Source: Octopus vulgaris | Lineage: Eukaryota | Assembly: GCA_951406725.2 (NCBI GenBank) | Contig: OX597825.1 | Coordinates: forward strand, 40,176,001-40,240,000 | Length of the DNA stretch: 64,000 nucleotides | Direction: 5' to 3' | In this document: positions 40,131 through 53,889 of the stretch, piece by piece | Layout: the number at the start of each line of letters is the position of its first letter | Position numbering within the stretch: the stretch's first letter is position 1 | Program-made: the position numbers and the translations under genes | Notes under the pieces: model-generated | What the model saw: the letters and a program-made list of their open reading frames with translations, nothing else | Told to the model about the DNA's origin: nothing | The model's database searches: none

Positions 40131-41270
40131 CACTTCTAATATTAGGATAAAATCTTCCACAAAACTTTTATCAGTGGCCAGCATGCCCACCATATTAAAA
40201 TACCTTTTAAGGTGAAAATTATAAACAATTGCAAATAAGGGCAAAGAAAAGAAATGTTTATGCCAATATGCTAAAAAATTGAATTTAGACCGTTTAATCA
40301 CATACAATATTTTTCACTATAAACACAAAGTCTGTTGAAACGTGGAAAGCAAGCTAAGAGAAATTTTTTAAAATCATTATTCCTGAATTGGACCGATGTT
40401 TGAATTAATCCAAAAGGATTCTTCCTTCTTCCGCGAGAAACGCAATAAGAATACATGCAATACTTATATATTTCAACTGGAAAAGTAGACGCACAATCAT
40501 GAGTACATTTATGTGCCCCAAATGTATCTAAAGAGAAATTTCGTAGCAAGCCTTAGCACACGTAAAATGGCTAGCAGTCTAGAAGTGAATGGTAATAAAT
40601 TTACTTCTTATAAAAGGATAAGAAGTTCAAAAAAAAATTATCAATTGCCAGCATATAAAAATACATTTTAAGGTGAACGTTATAAACAAATCTAAATAAG
40701 GCAAAAGAAAAAGTTTTGAAGCCAATATGCTGAAAAGTAGACTTTAGAGTGTCTAACGACATACAATGTTTTCCTTATAAATGATCGGTCCGATTCGGGA
40801 ATAACGAATTTTAAAATCTGTTAGTTTGCTTTCGTAGTTTCAACACGTGGTGTATATATAGTGAAAAATATTGTATATGGTTAGACTATATTCAGCATAT
40901 TGGCATTGAAGTTTCCTTTCTTTTGCCTTTATTTATAAATGTTTATAATTTTCACCTTAAAACATAATTTAATATGCTGGCCATCGATAAGTTTTCTTTT
41001 TTTGGTAAAAACTTCCATCCTCATATTAGAAGTGAATTTATTACCATTCATTTCGGGACTGCTCACCACCTTACGGGAGTTTCCTGGTCGTTTACACGTG
41101 TGCTGTGGCCTTCTATGAAATATTTGGGGCACTTAAATGTACACATGATTTTGCGTCTGCTTTTTCCGTGGGTATATGTAAATGTCCCATTTATTCTCAT
41201 CTTGTTTCCAGCTGAAGAAGGAAGAATCCTTCTGGATTAATTCAGAAATCTGTCCGATTCGGGAATAGTG
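40131..41270. repeat. Diverged ~470-bp unit in tandem (~1.4 copies) followed by an inverted copy, with a degenerate hammerhead
   Basis: 40132 repeats at 40603; 40783-41269 is the inverted unit. CTGAAGA(41212)...AATCC(ttct)GGATT...GAAATCTGTC(41254); partner on - at 40387-40437. Confidence 0.75.
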
Positions 41271-44129
41271 TGTCCGTATTTAGATAAGTTGTTAGAATGT
41301 AGTATGATGATGTTAAGTAAAATATTAATTATCTATATTATTTTGGAAGTATGGTGTGTAGACAAAACGAGAACGTATTTGAAGTATCGTGTGTCCCCAT
41401 TGTGGTATGCGTTGTAGATCACGTTCATTACGAGAGCAAGCAAAATGTATTGACATGTGGATTTAAGTGTATTTTACATGTTTTGCACATAACGGGCATA
41501 CAGTCGATCAGTTTTTAATATTAATAGAACTTAAGGAGGTGAGCTGCAGAAAACGTAGCGCACCGGGAAAAGTACTTAGCGGCATTCCACCCCTCTTTAT
41601 GTTCTCAGTTCTAATTTTACCAAGGTCGACTCTGCTTTTCATCCTTTCGTGGTCGATAACAGAAGTACCAGTTAAACACTTGGGTTAATGTAATCAGCTT
41701 ACGCCATTACACGAAACAGCTAACCTAATGTCAAAATTTGAAACCAATATTACACTAGTGTTAACGTGGAAAACTGACAAGATCGTTACTGCGCCGGGGA
41801 AAATGCTTAGTAACTTTCGTCCTTCTTTACTTTCTCAGATCAAATTCCGCTATAGTCATCTTTGCCTACTATGATTTTGAGGACGATAAAACAAGCTCCA
41901 GATCAGTAACTGGAGTCCATGCAATCGACTTACCTCCTCCACAAGATAGCCAAAATTTGAAACCAATACGAATAGAAGTTGAATTGTTGTGAATCAAAAA
42001 TAAGTATCTTCATTTATTTATCACGCGATAAGTAATATTTATATTGTGTAAAACTTATTGCAATTATTTCATTTGGTCTTGTGCAATATGTTGCCTGAAT
42101 GTTTTTATCATTTACTTTCACTATACAATGGAAATTTTAAATATATGTATTTTGTATGTGAAATGTTGTCGATTAGATCCAGAGTGGTACTGATCACTTA
42201 GCTTTATGGAAGAAGGCTTTCTCTTCGTGATATTCAAATTTGTTTACGCTACTTTGTGTATTTTCATTTAACAGCAGTGAGGTAAGAGCTGTAAATTACC
42301 TCAGTAGCTAGACATACTTGTGAATTTCTTTGCAGAATTGGCTTCGCCGTGTTTCTGTTTTTGGTTTTCATCAAATATGAATAGATTATGATGATGTTCG
42401 GTAAAATACTAATTACCTATATGATTATAGAAGTATGGTTCGAGGACAAAGCAAAAATGTCCCGAGATAACATTTTCCCACTTAGCTTCGTGAAAGACAC
42501 AAAATGGCGTTCATAATTAGGGAACATATTTTAAGGTGGTTAGCTGGCGCAATCGTTAATATGCGGGCTATAATGCTTAGCGGCATTTCTTCCGTCGCTA
42601 CGTTCTGAGTTCAACTACAACCGAGGTCGACTTTGTCTTTCATCCGTTCGAGATCGATTAAATAAGCACCACTCAAGCTCGATGTAACCGTCTTGTTCCC
42701 TCCCCCGAAATTGCTGGTTGTGTTCCAAAATTAGAAACTAATAATTTGCGAAAAGAATCGAAAATTAGTGTAACATTAATAATTTGTAACGAAAGTAATT
42801 TCACCAATGAACATCTATTATAATGATTGTATAGGGTCGTGCTTCTACATTTGTTCCAGAGAATAAAAATACTAGTAACAAATATTAAAATAATGTTAAC
42901 CGCTCCATAATATAATTCTACCGTGATAACTGACAGTTATAATAGTATGTTCGATGAAACACATCAGTTTACTTAATAATTTATTGCGTTTACGTTTTGA
43001 AATCTTCTGGGGTCGAAATATTAACTTCATCATATCAAGGGAGATGAAATGTGAACCAAGAAAGGAAGTGATCTATGTCTGATGTTTTTCAAATGTAATA
43101 TATACCGGTATATAACAATATTTTAATTCCCTTACATTCTGCTTTTAACTATATTGGGTCAATGATATCGATTTAAATTATTCAAGCGTTCCGTGAGTAT
43201 TACCATGTTTCGCAACTCACATGAAAATGCACAGCGTTAAAAATCCCTATTCATAAGGCGAACGTTATATATTAGTGATATAGTTATATCACTTGATAAT
43301 ATAATGGACATATTTCAAAATCTTAATACTTTGGATGCAACCATCAAAGTATCTGTATACATCTAAAATTCAATATGTGTAAATGTATATGTAAAATTAC
43401 ATTTTCGTGCAAATCTCGAAAATGAATGAGATTTCACTGGTTTCATAACGAAATATATTTTTCGTATATTCTTGATTAGCACCCCTAATAGCATCCCATT
43501 AGCATGTTAACATAAGTGTTATTTAGCATTAATGTCAAACACTGAAACTTAAATACAGACACTTAAAAAGATTTTTTGCAGAAAATTGAGTGAAAATGAG
43601 TAAGAATTAAAAGGAAGCTGATTCGTTTCCTCAATGCCAGTACAGTAGTTTCTTTATATATCAAAAACTAACTGCTCTAACACTTCGCGTAATGATCTAG
43701 CGCCATACGCTATTCTTTGATAAAAAGAAGCCCAGTAATTTCGCAAAATAAATGCTATACATTCATAAATCTCTTTCAAGTGCATAATCACCAACATGTG
43801 CCTGACTCTGATCTTTCCTTCAGCCACTCAATTAGCTTGCACATTGGTTTTCTGAACGTATTCTCAGTTCACAACCCCTCCATTACACTTTTTTCTTAAA
43901 AAGCTATCTAATTAATAAACTTCCAGTAAAATTGCAATTCAGCTAAAAACTAGTTAAGACTACGGTATATACGATATTTATAAGAAACCAAATTCATTGT
44001 TTTTAACTATAGATTATCTTAAATCATTTTTGTTTTCATTTTCTGATTTTCTCAATTTTAGCATAGAATTAGACGAGTCCAAATTCTGCAATATCTGTAA
44101 ATGTGCTGGTTTGCGACATATATACCTAG

Positions 44130-44880
44130 TGCGGGTAAAATTCCCAACAACCATGGGCGAGTTCTCTCCAGCGGTCTTTGTTCCTCATCATCGCTCCCAA
44201 GTCATGTTTCTCCCAGAAACCAGTGTCTGTCATTAGGGCATCAACATGTCTCATCCTCGGTTTCCCACTTCAAATGTGTCCAGGTAGGGGCTCTCACAGA
44301 AGTACTGAGTGCAGTATCAACTCTAAATGACGGTGAGCATGTCCAACTAACTTCAGTCTGCCCTCTGTTATTTTCGATCAAACTATTGGGAAGATGTCGT
44401 TGAACTCTGAGTTCTTCATCCTCAGAGTATACTGACTAATCTTCAGAGACATCCTCGGCATTCTTGTGCAGCACCCATCCTCCATCTGAGTGAGTTGCTT
44501 GTTCAGTGTCCAAGTCTCACACCCATCCAACAGCAGACTCCATTGCAGCAAAGAAAAGAAGGATCTTCAGGTCTTTGCAAGAGTCCGACTTACATACAAA
44601 TCTCAAACTGTGGTATGCTGCCCAGTCTTTGCTCTTCCTCTCAACTCTACCACCCTCTGTGTTCCAAGTCTTTCCTCCGAGATACAGGAAGTCCTCAAAC
44701 AATACCAGTGGCTTCCCGCATACAATCATTAGTTTCACTGGTTTCTTAATATTCTCTACCAGATACGTCGACTTAATTTCAATCCTTTTCAGCCCCACAC
44801 TCATCGACACAGTCTCCACTCCTACATCATCTCCTATATATCAGGTGACCAAAACTGTTCAAGCGCTGGAAGATATTATC
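44130..44880 (-). mobile_element. RTE-clade LINE RT C-terminal remnant
   Basis: Minus-strand EDFLYLG, DLKILLFFAAMES, LLDGCETWTLNK (YGCETW hallmark); frameshifted. Confidence 0.8.
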
Positions 44881-44959
44881 TGAGGTTACTAGTATAGTGG
44901 TAGTTGTTGCGCTGAGCACGTACGTTACCTCAATCCGTATGTAATTTCGAATCTGCACA

Positions 44960-45645
44960 GATGAATATGCAGTGTAGTCTAATTAGGGAACGTATGCTTT
45001 CCTTATTCGAAGTGAGCCATAACATTGCAGATGCAACGAAAAACATTGGTTGTGCAAAAAATGTGAAGTTACAGTTAATCACAGTACAGAAAGCAGAGGA
45101 TTCGATATATTCGATATATTTCTTTCAGCTTACAAGAATTTTACTATCTGACAAGGTCAGATATTGCTAAAATAGTTGATTCTTCTGTCGAACCCCAAGC
45201 AAAAAAAAAGGCACTCTGGCGGTATCAGGCCAATTCGGCATCTCACTGATGCCATTGTACCCTCATTTGTTTAAATATTCTCATTTGTTAACAGAAAACA
45301 TACTGGCGGAACGACCCGGAATAAACTCTAAGAACTTGAGAAAATTGAATTGATGTCACACCCAACATATAGTCCGGATGTGTCCTCACGGATTATTACG
45401 TGTTCCGATTCATAGCTCACGACCTGCGATTGTGACACTTCCTCAACCAAGAGCTGATGGAATTTTCAATGAAAGAGTTCTACGTCTCGAAGGATAAGAC
45501 ATAGTATTAGCGTGGGATCAGAGAACTTAGAGAAATGTTGCTTCAGACGGTGCAACACGATAGCCCCTACATTGACTCTAGGCTCTTTTTTTATTTTAAC
45601 TTGAAGATTAAAAGATTTTAGTGACATGATTTGTCACTAAAATAT
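44960..45645 (+). mobile_element. mariner-family transposon remnant
   Basis: N-terminal IRERMLSLFEVSHNIADATKNI and C-terminal MSHPTYSPDVSSRDYYVF (HPPYSPDLAPSDY-like); internally deleted. Confidence 0.75.
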
Positions 45646-46920
45646 TGCAAAATATTTTACTCAACGCAAGAAAAAAAAGCATAACTAACGTTGAAGAACA
45701 GGGATCGTGTCAACGAAAGACGATGGGGATATGTTAATTGTAATTGTATATCCGCGCGTAACTAAATTAGTATTTCTGTAACACCGTTTTTAATATTATA
45801 CATACTGTGTTATGTCTCTAAGTTGGAGCATACACAAAGTACTTGATCCCCGCTGTTGTGATTTTATATCTGTGTTATTCACTTCATCTTTAGAGAATTC
45901 CAATACCACTAAGTAAATTTCACACTGAAAGTTTATTTCACAATTTTGCATTCTGAATACACTGTCTCATATTCTGTGTATACACAAATTCAAAGTAAAC
46001 GAACTCTACTCTCTCTGATCTTTCGCAAACATCTGTCTTCACATGCATTACCTAAATACTACATAATTACCTCCAGCCCTTAAGTTAAAGCGCAATCTTG
46101 TAGCAATGCGAATGGACTCGCGTACTTTCCTGAAAATTTCCGCACCAAAACTGGACAACAACAAAGGCAACGGCAACTACAATTTCTGCTGCTGCTACAA
46201 CAACTTCTACAACACACATTTATCATATAACGTATTGTAGGAAAACCGAATAACGCAATTTATATTTAAATTAATTTCATTCTTAAAAACCGTGTCCTTC
46301 GTAAAAGCAAATATTTGTGTTTTGTCCAAGTAACCGTACGTGTATTGTACGCATACTTTGAGATATGTCTTGCTTGTGAACAGTTCTAAGATAAAATACT
46401 CCGTGATACACGTCTTCTATCATGAAATGGCAGCGAGTTAAATCTAACGAGATAATTTTAGCTATGCATTATAATTCGCAATGTCCTCTGGCGAATTTGA
46501 AGAGAGGAAACTTAGAGATAAAAAATCATTATGTATGTACAAGATTATTTAGAAAATACAGCAATTAAACGCGAATCGATTCAGATAACGATGCACAAAT
46601 AAATGCTTACAATTAAAATTAATATTCAGACATGTTGTATTGTTTATCCACAACTAGCAATACCAAAAATACTTTCAAACATCTTTCAAATATTTTCGTT
46701 CTTCAACAAATGTTCTGTGGAAAGACAACGCACATACATGAAGCTATTAAGACATGGGGCAATGAATGACGTTTCAATCATGAGAAACATACGGATTCGA
46801 ACGCAGAAATCTTATGGTCATCTATTATACAAGATGAAATATTTCCTTACGTCGATGAATACTTAGCACACACATAAAAATACAGCACAGACCTGCATAT
46901 ATTTACATACATAGTCATAT

Positions 46921-46989
<69 letters not shown>

Positions 46990-47250
46990 GTATAGGAGAC
47001 CAAAAGTGTACATAGACCGCTATATGTATATATAAAAACAAAACAAAAAATGGAACAAGAACGTAACAGGCGAAAATGGAGCAGTCTCCAGTGTAACTGG
47101 CCGAAACTGCAGGAGTGATCTGGAATTCGACTGACTATAGAACGCTCCGAATGGCACGTTGGTGTTTTTTCCTGACCTTCTTCGTATCATCTAACTGTCC
47201 GGACGTTTTGTTGTGACCTGTTACGTTCTTATGACATTGCTGTTTTGTTC

Positions 47251-47285
<35 letters not shown>

Positions 47286-47759
47286 AGTGTGCGCGCGTGT
47301 GTGTGTGTGTATGCAAGCACTAACACAAACGCATATATACCTAGATAAAAGGAATTCCGAACAATTATATATATATGAATGTATGAATCCATCATGTTAA
47401 CCCGTGATGAGGATGGTTAGGCTATAATGCCAGCCGAGAAACCGGTTCACGTGAGTCTAACTATTTGAATACATTTTAGGAGACTGTTTTTGCCCGTCTG
47501 CCCGCAAACAGTTGATTGATTAGTTATCTTCAGTTTTGACTCTTATCATCAGCAGGTAAATATACTTAGTGTTTCCTATGATTCATTTTACACCCTCCAG
47601 TTGTTTAATGCGTTTTTAGGGCTGGAATTGCCTGTATTATTGATTCTGTTATTATCATTTTTAATTGATACAATAGATAATAACAGAGTCAATGATATCT
47701 TCGCAAATGCTTTCTTCTGAATTATTTGCTCCGCATTGAAGTTACATATATACATACAT

Positions 47760-48013
47760 ATGTGTATATCTTTGTTTTTATACAAAAAAGTCATTACTTT
47801 TATACCTAACGTGCATTTTCTTTGTTTCTTTTTACTTTTCCTCAATATACACACACATATATATACATATGTATATACATACACACATATATGTATATGT
47901 GTGTGTGTGTGTGTGTGTGTATGTATATTGGGGAAAAGTAAAAAGAAACAAAGAAAATGCACGTCAGGTATAAAAGTAATGACATTTTTGTATAAAAACA
48001 AAGATATACACAT
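47760..48013. repeat. Near-perfect inverted repeat (~92-bp arms) around a (TA/TG) microsatellite
   Basis: 47760-47851 versus 47922-48013, about 3 mismatches. Confidence 0.93.
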
Positions 48014-48460
48014 GGAAACAATTTATTTAAAGTGGAATTAAGTATATAAAGACTATTATGAGTCATTATAGACAGTCAAAGCCATACTGGTTTCGTCAGA
48101 GCTGACTACTGACTTTGAATCAAGAACGATTTCCAAACGATGTTGTGTCTAATAATACCTCAATGAAAAGATTGCATGCAAGGGAGGTAAACAGTCCATA
48201 ACATGATGCAATTCAGATAGATATGGTTACTAGAATATGAATGGATTAGTGAGATTATTGGTATTAGTGAAGTTAGAAGTGTCCTCTACTTAGTTGTGTG
48301 TTCATGAGAGGTTGTGGTTGATGGAATTTGTGTTGTGTTTGTATGTGTGTGTTAAATATTTTCGGTTGTGTTTATTGAAATTTGCCTCTTTATTTAATCT
48401 TTGGTGCACTGAGGTGTTCTGAGAACATTGATGAAAAGGGAAAATAAGAAGGTTTGATGA
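47922..48460 (-). mobile_element. PLE 3' end (Neptune-like endonuclease tail plus 3' UTR)
   Basis: Minus strand 48370-48460: LIFPFHQCSQNTSVHQRLNKEANF, matching the tail of the 38437 element. Confidence 0.7.
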
Positions 48461-48854
48461 TATGTGCATCTCTGATCGCTTGCAGAAGTAGTGGGCAGCA
48501 TCATAGCCATGTGTTCAGAGGGGTTTGAATAACTCACCTCTGGAAACATGGGTGCTTTTTTTCATCATCCTCAAAACAATCCTTACTTCGGGGACCTATT
48601 GAGTGCGATGAGCTACTTGACGTGAAGAAAATTCTAATTGGGCCCCACTTGCAAGATCATGCGTTGTTTATATTGATATGAGATCACCATGTCGCGCACA
48701 TATGGTTGTGATACATGTGTCCGGTGTACTCTTATCAGCCATGTAGTCATGATGTTTATATTAGGGTTCGTATATGTGTACCCCAGTATCACTTTGATGG
48801 CATAGGCTGCTCACTTCCTCAATAATAATAATAATATTTATTATTATTATTATT

Positions 48855-48892
<38 letters not shown>

Positions 48893-49099
48893 TATTATTA
48901 TTATTTATTATTATTAGTGATATTAATATTATAATGAAGTCTCGGTTGGTGACTACCTCAACGGTGAGTGAAAATGTCCATTACAAATTTATCACATAAT
49001 GGTGTTAATGAGGGTGGAAAGATTGGTAAAGGCCTTTCGCTCAGCATGTGCCCTGTTGTGGAGCAGCGCATGCCCGGTTGTATAATGTACTAGAGCGTG

Positions 49100-49211
49100 A
49101 TAGACTGGACATAGTGGTGGTCGACAAAGTGAGCCACATATGCTATACAGTTGACGTTACATACTTCTTTGACCCACGTATAATCAAGAAGGAAGGCGAA
49201 AAGATAGATTG

Positions 49212-49264
<53 letters not shown>

Positions 49265-49570
49265 CAACACTCTTAAGTACGAAATATCCCGGCTATGGAA
49301 AATGAAAAAGGTGAAGATAGTGCCAATTATTGTTGTATTCTTGGAAACAGTATCAGAAGACATCAAGAGAAATGTAAAGGAAATTGGAATAGAGTGCCCA
49401 GTAGAACTGCTACAAACGATTGGTCTCCTAGGCACGGTCAGAATGATTAGGAAAACATTAGATACCTGAAAAGAACGAATACCATGGTACTGCGGGATGC
49501 AGGTAGTAAACCTGCTACGCTTGCAAGACTCTAGGAGCTTCAATAAAATCTGCGATAAAGAGATAATGAT
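49100..49570 (+). mobile_element. R4/Dong-like non-LTR retrotransposon 3' end (restriction-like endonuclease)
   Basis: LDIVVVDK..TVDVT..EGEKID[microsatellite]YNTLKYEISRLWKMKKVKIVPIIV..LLGTVRMIRKTL*; ends in an ATAATGATAAT-like tail. Confidence 0.75.
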
Positions 49571-51760
49571 AATATTAGTTGTTACAAAATCAGGCCCTTT
49601 ATATTTGGGTTTTACAATCCTGCCAAGATGAACGTAGCATGTAATCTGTGACTAGATTAAATACAAGTACTAACGTAGTTTTATTATTTTTTTTATGGAG
49701 ACAACTAACTCCTCCCACTCAAAGTTGCCGGCCATGAGTCCTAAATTAGGAGCAATCATTATTATTGAGTCTTTGCTCATTGTGACCAATAAGCGAAATT
49801 AGTAGTAATAGTTGTAATGGTAGTGGTAGTAATGTTAGTAATACTGGTGCTGTTGGTTGGCAGAATCGTTAGTACGTTGGACAAAAAAGGCTTAGTGGCA
49901 TTTCCTTCTGTCTTTCTATGTTCTGAGTTTGCTTTTTATCCTTTAGTTGTGAATGAAATACGTACAGTTGAATACTAGGGTAGGTAAAACACCCCTATCG
50001 CAACACAAATTTCAGGCAACACAAAATTTTCGAGTCCATAAATTAGGTTCCAGTTGAGTACAGAAGTTGATGTAATTGACATAATCCCTCCTCCGATATT
50101 TCAGACCTTACTACTACAGCAGAAGGCGCTATTAGGAGAGTGGTGGATTGAATGTCTCCAATGCTGCATTGCTAAACTCGATCTCAGAAATTTTTACGAG
50201 ATGCGTCTCGACAACTATCTCTGGTCAAACTGAAATATGCGCTCGGTTTAACACGCATTAATTTTTTCATAATTCAGCTACTCCTGCCAAGATAGTTTTC
50301 CGTATATTCTAAAAGGCATTTATTTTCAAAATAAAACACGAAAGGCAAGGCATTTTCCAGCAGGCTCAACTCTCAAACTTAAAGCTGGATAATTACTAGG
50401 ACGGAATGAACTTTCTTTCCTTTAGGATGTTAGTTAACTATTTGGATCGTATTCTAATTTTTCCGCGGAGAAACCGTGCTAAGATCGAGGTCGATTGACT
50501 TGTGGTGAACAACAACTGTATGTGTATATAGCAGTTTGCGATTATAAATCTTAAAGTAGCTTATGTGTAACTCCTGTAGTCATTTAATGAGATTCCACAC
50601 TTACGGAATCGAGTGCTACTTTGATGATTCTATCAGAATACAGAATACCAATACATATATACATATATAATGCATACATACATGCATGTATAAATATGTA
50701 TGTGCGTACATATAAATACATGTGTGATTGTTGTATATGTGTGAACATTTTCTTTTCTAACGTCTCGGTGTAAGAATATATTATGGTTATAACTAAAGCG
50801 CTGTTATATGCTGTAAGGTATTTGATTTTTGATGTCACAAGCGCATGTTTGCTGTTCCATTGATAACTGTATTGGTGAATCTATACAGCTAAAACAGAAT
50901 GTCTACTTATTTCGGTACTTGGATCATATTTTGAAACTGAATTTATTTTTGATTTTAATATTACATAAGACTAACAGACATTATTTCTTCTCTTGAGGGA
51001 ACATGTTCGGAAGTTTATTTCTTCTGACTAATAGAAAGAAGCCAGTGTGACAAAAATTAAAACCATCAAAACATATACTAAAGAATGTAGAATCAAATCA
51101 AACCAATATTATGAATGGAACTCACAATACTTAAGTATCGTATAAACGTAGCATACTATATACACTGTACAGTTTGTAGGGAGAATATATACACGCGTGC
51201 AACAACACCGGTACAACTCCGTACTCGCATTTACGTATGAGCACATGCGCACTCGGATATCTCCACATAACACGTTTGTATACATTTATAAATGTACGCG
51301 TGTACATATTTTTCTGCGTGTATGCGTGTGTCTGTGTGTCTCAATGTATCTAATTTGAACAATTATTTAATTGCAGAACCATTTATAGTACGCTTATATA
51401 TATATATATAATTGTATACTACATTATATTATATAGACAAAATGAGAACCAAAAGTATAAAAAATAAAAACGTAGAAATTGAACATTTTTTCGAACAACG
51501 AATGAAAGAAACAGACAGAGAAACGATACAGGCAACATAAAAATATTCCCTTCATCAGTTGTCTTCTGTTTTATCTACGCCGCGTTTCTTCAAAAACAGT
51601 TCGTTTTCAATGTTTTTGTTTTTTATGTTCTGGTTTCTCGTTTTGTTTTCGTTTTCTTTATATCATGTACCCATATATGCATGTATATATACATATGTAT
51701 GTAGGTATGTACATATATGTATGCATATATGAATATATTTATATATTATTTATATTGTGT

Positions 51761-52134
51761 GGAAGCACTCCGTCGGTTACGACGATGAGGGTTCCGGTTG
51801 ATCCGATCAACGGAACAACCTGCTCGTGAAATTAACGTGGCTGAGCACCCCACAGACACGTGTACCCTTAACGTAGTTCTCGGGGATATTCAGCGTGACA
51901 CAGAGTTTGACAAGGCCGGCCCTTTGAAATACAGGTACAACAGAAACAGGAAGTAAGAGTGAGAGAAAGTTGTGGTTAAAGAGTACAGCAGGGATCACCA
52001 CCATCCCTGCCGGAGCCTCGTGGAGCTTTAGAAGTTTTCGCTCAATAAACACTCACAACGACCGGTCTGGGAATCGAAACCGCGATCCTACGACCGCGAG
52101 TCCGCTGCCCTAACTACTGGGCCATTGCGCCCCC
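51761..52134 (-). mobile_element. tRNA-derived SINE family B with a 12-bp target-site duplication
   Basis: Same family as 39696-40056. TATTTATATTGT at 51747-51758 and 52137-52148. Confidence 0.9.
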
Positions 52135-52191
52135 ACTATTTATATTGTTATATGATAGAACGCCATGTAAACATTTCCAAGTAAATTTTAT

Positions 52192-52249
<58 letters not shown>

Positions 52250-52327
52250 AAGATTAGCTCGTATACGAGTGGGTATATATTTGTAAAAAATGAAGTTTGA
52301 AAATGCTGCTATATTAGATAAATTTTA

Positions 52328-52374
52328 ATTTTAACATGTTTCGGTTCTTGAAATGACGAACCTTATCAAAAAAT
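52328..52374 (-). ncRNA. Type I hammerhead, U3-A8 variant, second family
   Basis: ATTTT-TTGATAA-GGTTC(gtcatttcaa)GAACC-GAA-ACATGT-T-AAAAT. Perfect stem II, palindromic stem III, ~80 nt from a (TA)n tract as for the other pLTR HHRs. Confidence 0.62.
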
Positions 52375-52615
52375 ATTATATATAATAAAGAGAGTCCATG
52401 CTATATGTTTAAAGAGTATGATGTAATACTTCATAATTGTGACATATATTCAATAGAGTCAAATATAAAAAATTCATATATAATATTCAATAGAGTCAAA
52501 TATAAAAAAATCATATATAATAAAGCGAGTCCATGCTATATGTTTAAAGAGTATGATGTAGTAGTTCATAATTGCGACATACATTCAATAGAGTCAAATA
52601 TAATAAATTCATGTT
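52375..52615. repeat. Local tandem duplication, two copies of a ~110-130-bp unit
   Basis: ATATAATAAAG.GAGTCCATGCTATATGTTTAAAGAGTATGATGTA... at ~52380 and ~52513. Confidence 0.85.
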
Positions 52616-53889
52616 CTTGAAAAGGCGAGGAGTTCATTTTAGATTTTACCTTGTGTTCCAATGGGAGCAACAGTAATGATTTTTGGTCGGTGTCTGCTCG
52701 CGGATTTATATCAGCTCAGCTAAGCTGTGGTCACTTGCACTTTTCCCTGACGTCATATAGTTCCAAACCAATCAAAACCCAGTCTCAACGAATATAGTGA
52801 AAAGACTCCTAACTGTATTCTGTTAGGAAATCAACCAAGCGGAACGACAGTTTGGCCACGGAAGAAATACGTCATCATTTTTTTGACGAAGTAGATCTAA
52901 CCCATTACTGTATCCTGTTAGGTGGCTAGTCCAGCAGAACGAGACGTCATCAATATTTTGACCAATCAGAATCGGGTCTGACCCATAGCTGTATCGTGTG
53001 GGGAAACCGACCAAGCAGGGTGACAATAGCTTGACCACTGAGGTAATACGTCATCAGTATTTTGACGAATCAGGATTATATATATATATATATATATATA
53101 TATTTAGCCACTCGCCATTATTTTTGTATACATCAATGACGGTAAGCTGGCATAACTATTACCGCACCGGAAACAATGCTTGGCCTCATTTCTCCCGACT
53201 TTACGTTTTGAGTTGGAATACTACCGGGGTCAATATTGCCTTTCATCCTTTCAGAGTTGATAACATAAGTACCGGTTGCATACTGGTACTAATGGAATAG
53301 GCTTATACACATACGTGGAATTCCAGGCCTTGTGCCAAAAGTTGAAATCCCTATTTCCGTGAAGCACTGAGTTGGCATGATCTTTAGCACGCCGGAAAGT
53401 GTCATTTTGTTCATCTCTCTGTGTATATTCATCCTGTTTATTTCAACTTCTTTAATAAAAAAAAGATTTTAACAATACTTTCATACTAATAATATTAAAC
53501 TAATTTATGCATAATTCTTACAGCCAAACCGAGATCACAATTATAGGATGTATCTGCCCTATTGTCTGTTTATCGATTTCCAAACACATTTATATTTTTG
53601 CCTATTGCTGTATGATTTTAAAAATTATCCCAAACAATTTTTCCAAGACTAAATATCCAACGAAATTATCAGTGACGACCGTCTCTTCTTCACTGTACTT
53701 TGATCATGAGTTGTATTCACAGAACATTCGATAGTTCTATATTGTGTTTCCATATTGGATGCATGTAGATGCATGACCCTCTTGTAGCAAAAATCAGCCT
53801 AATGAAATATAGACACAAATTATTCATGCACATACATTCACATACACAAACACACAACAAACTCACATGCATACAATCTAAGGACATAT

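Noticed and set aside
47401-47452. GTGATGA..GAAACCGGTT hammerhead-like motif; also isolated CTGANGA hits near 1261, 29422, 55320 and 63325
   Set aside because: Unpaired 3-8 positions or missing stem I/II; at most decayed remnants or chance matches.
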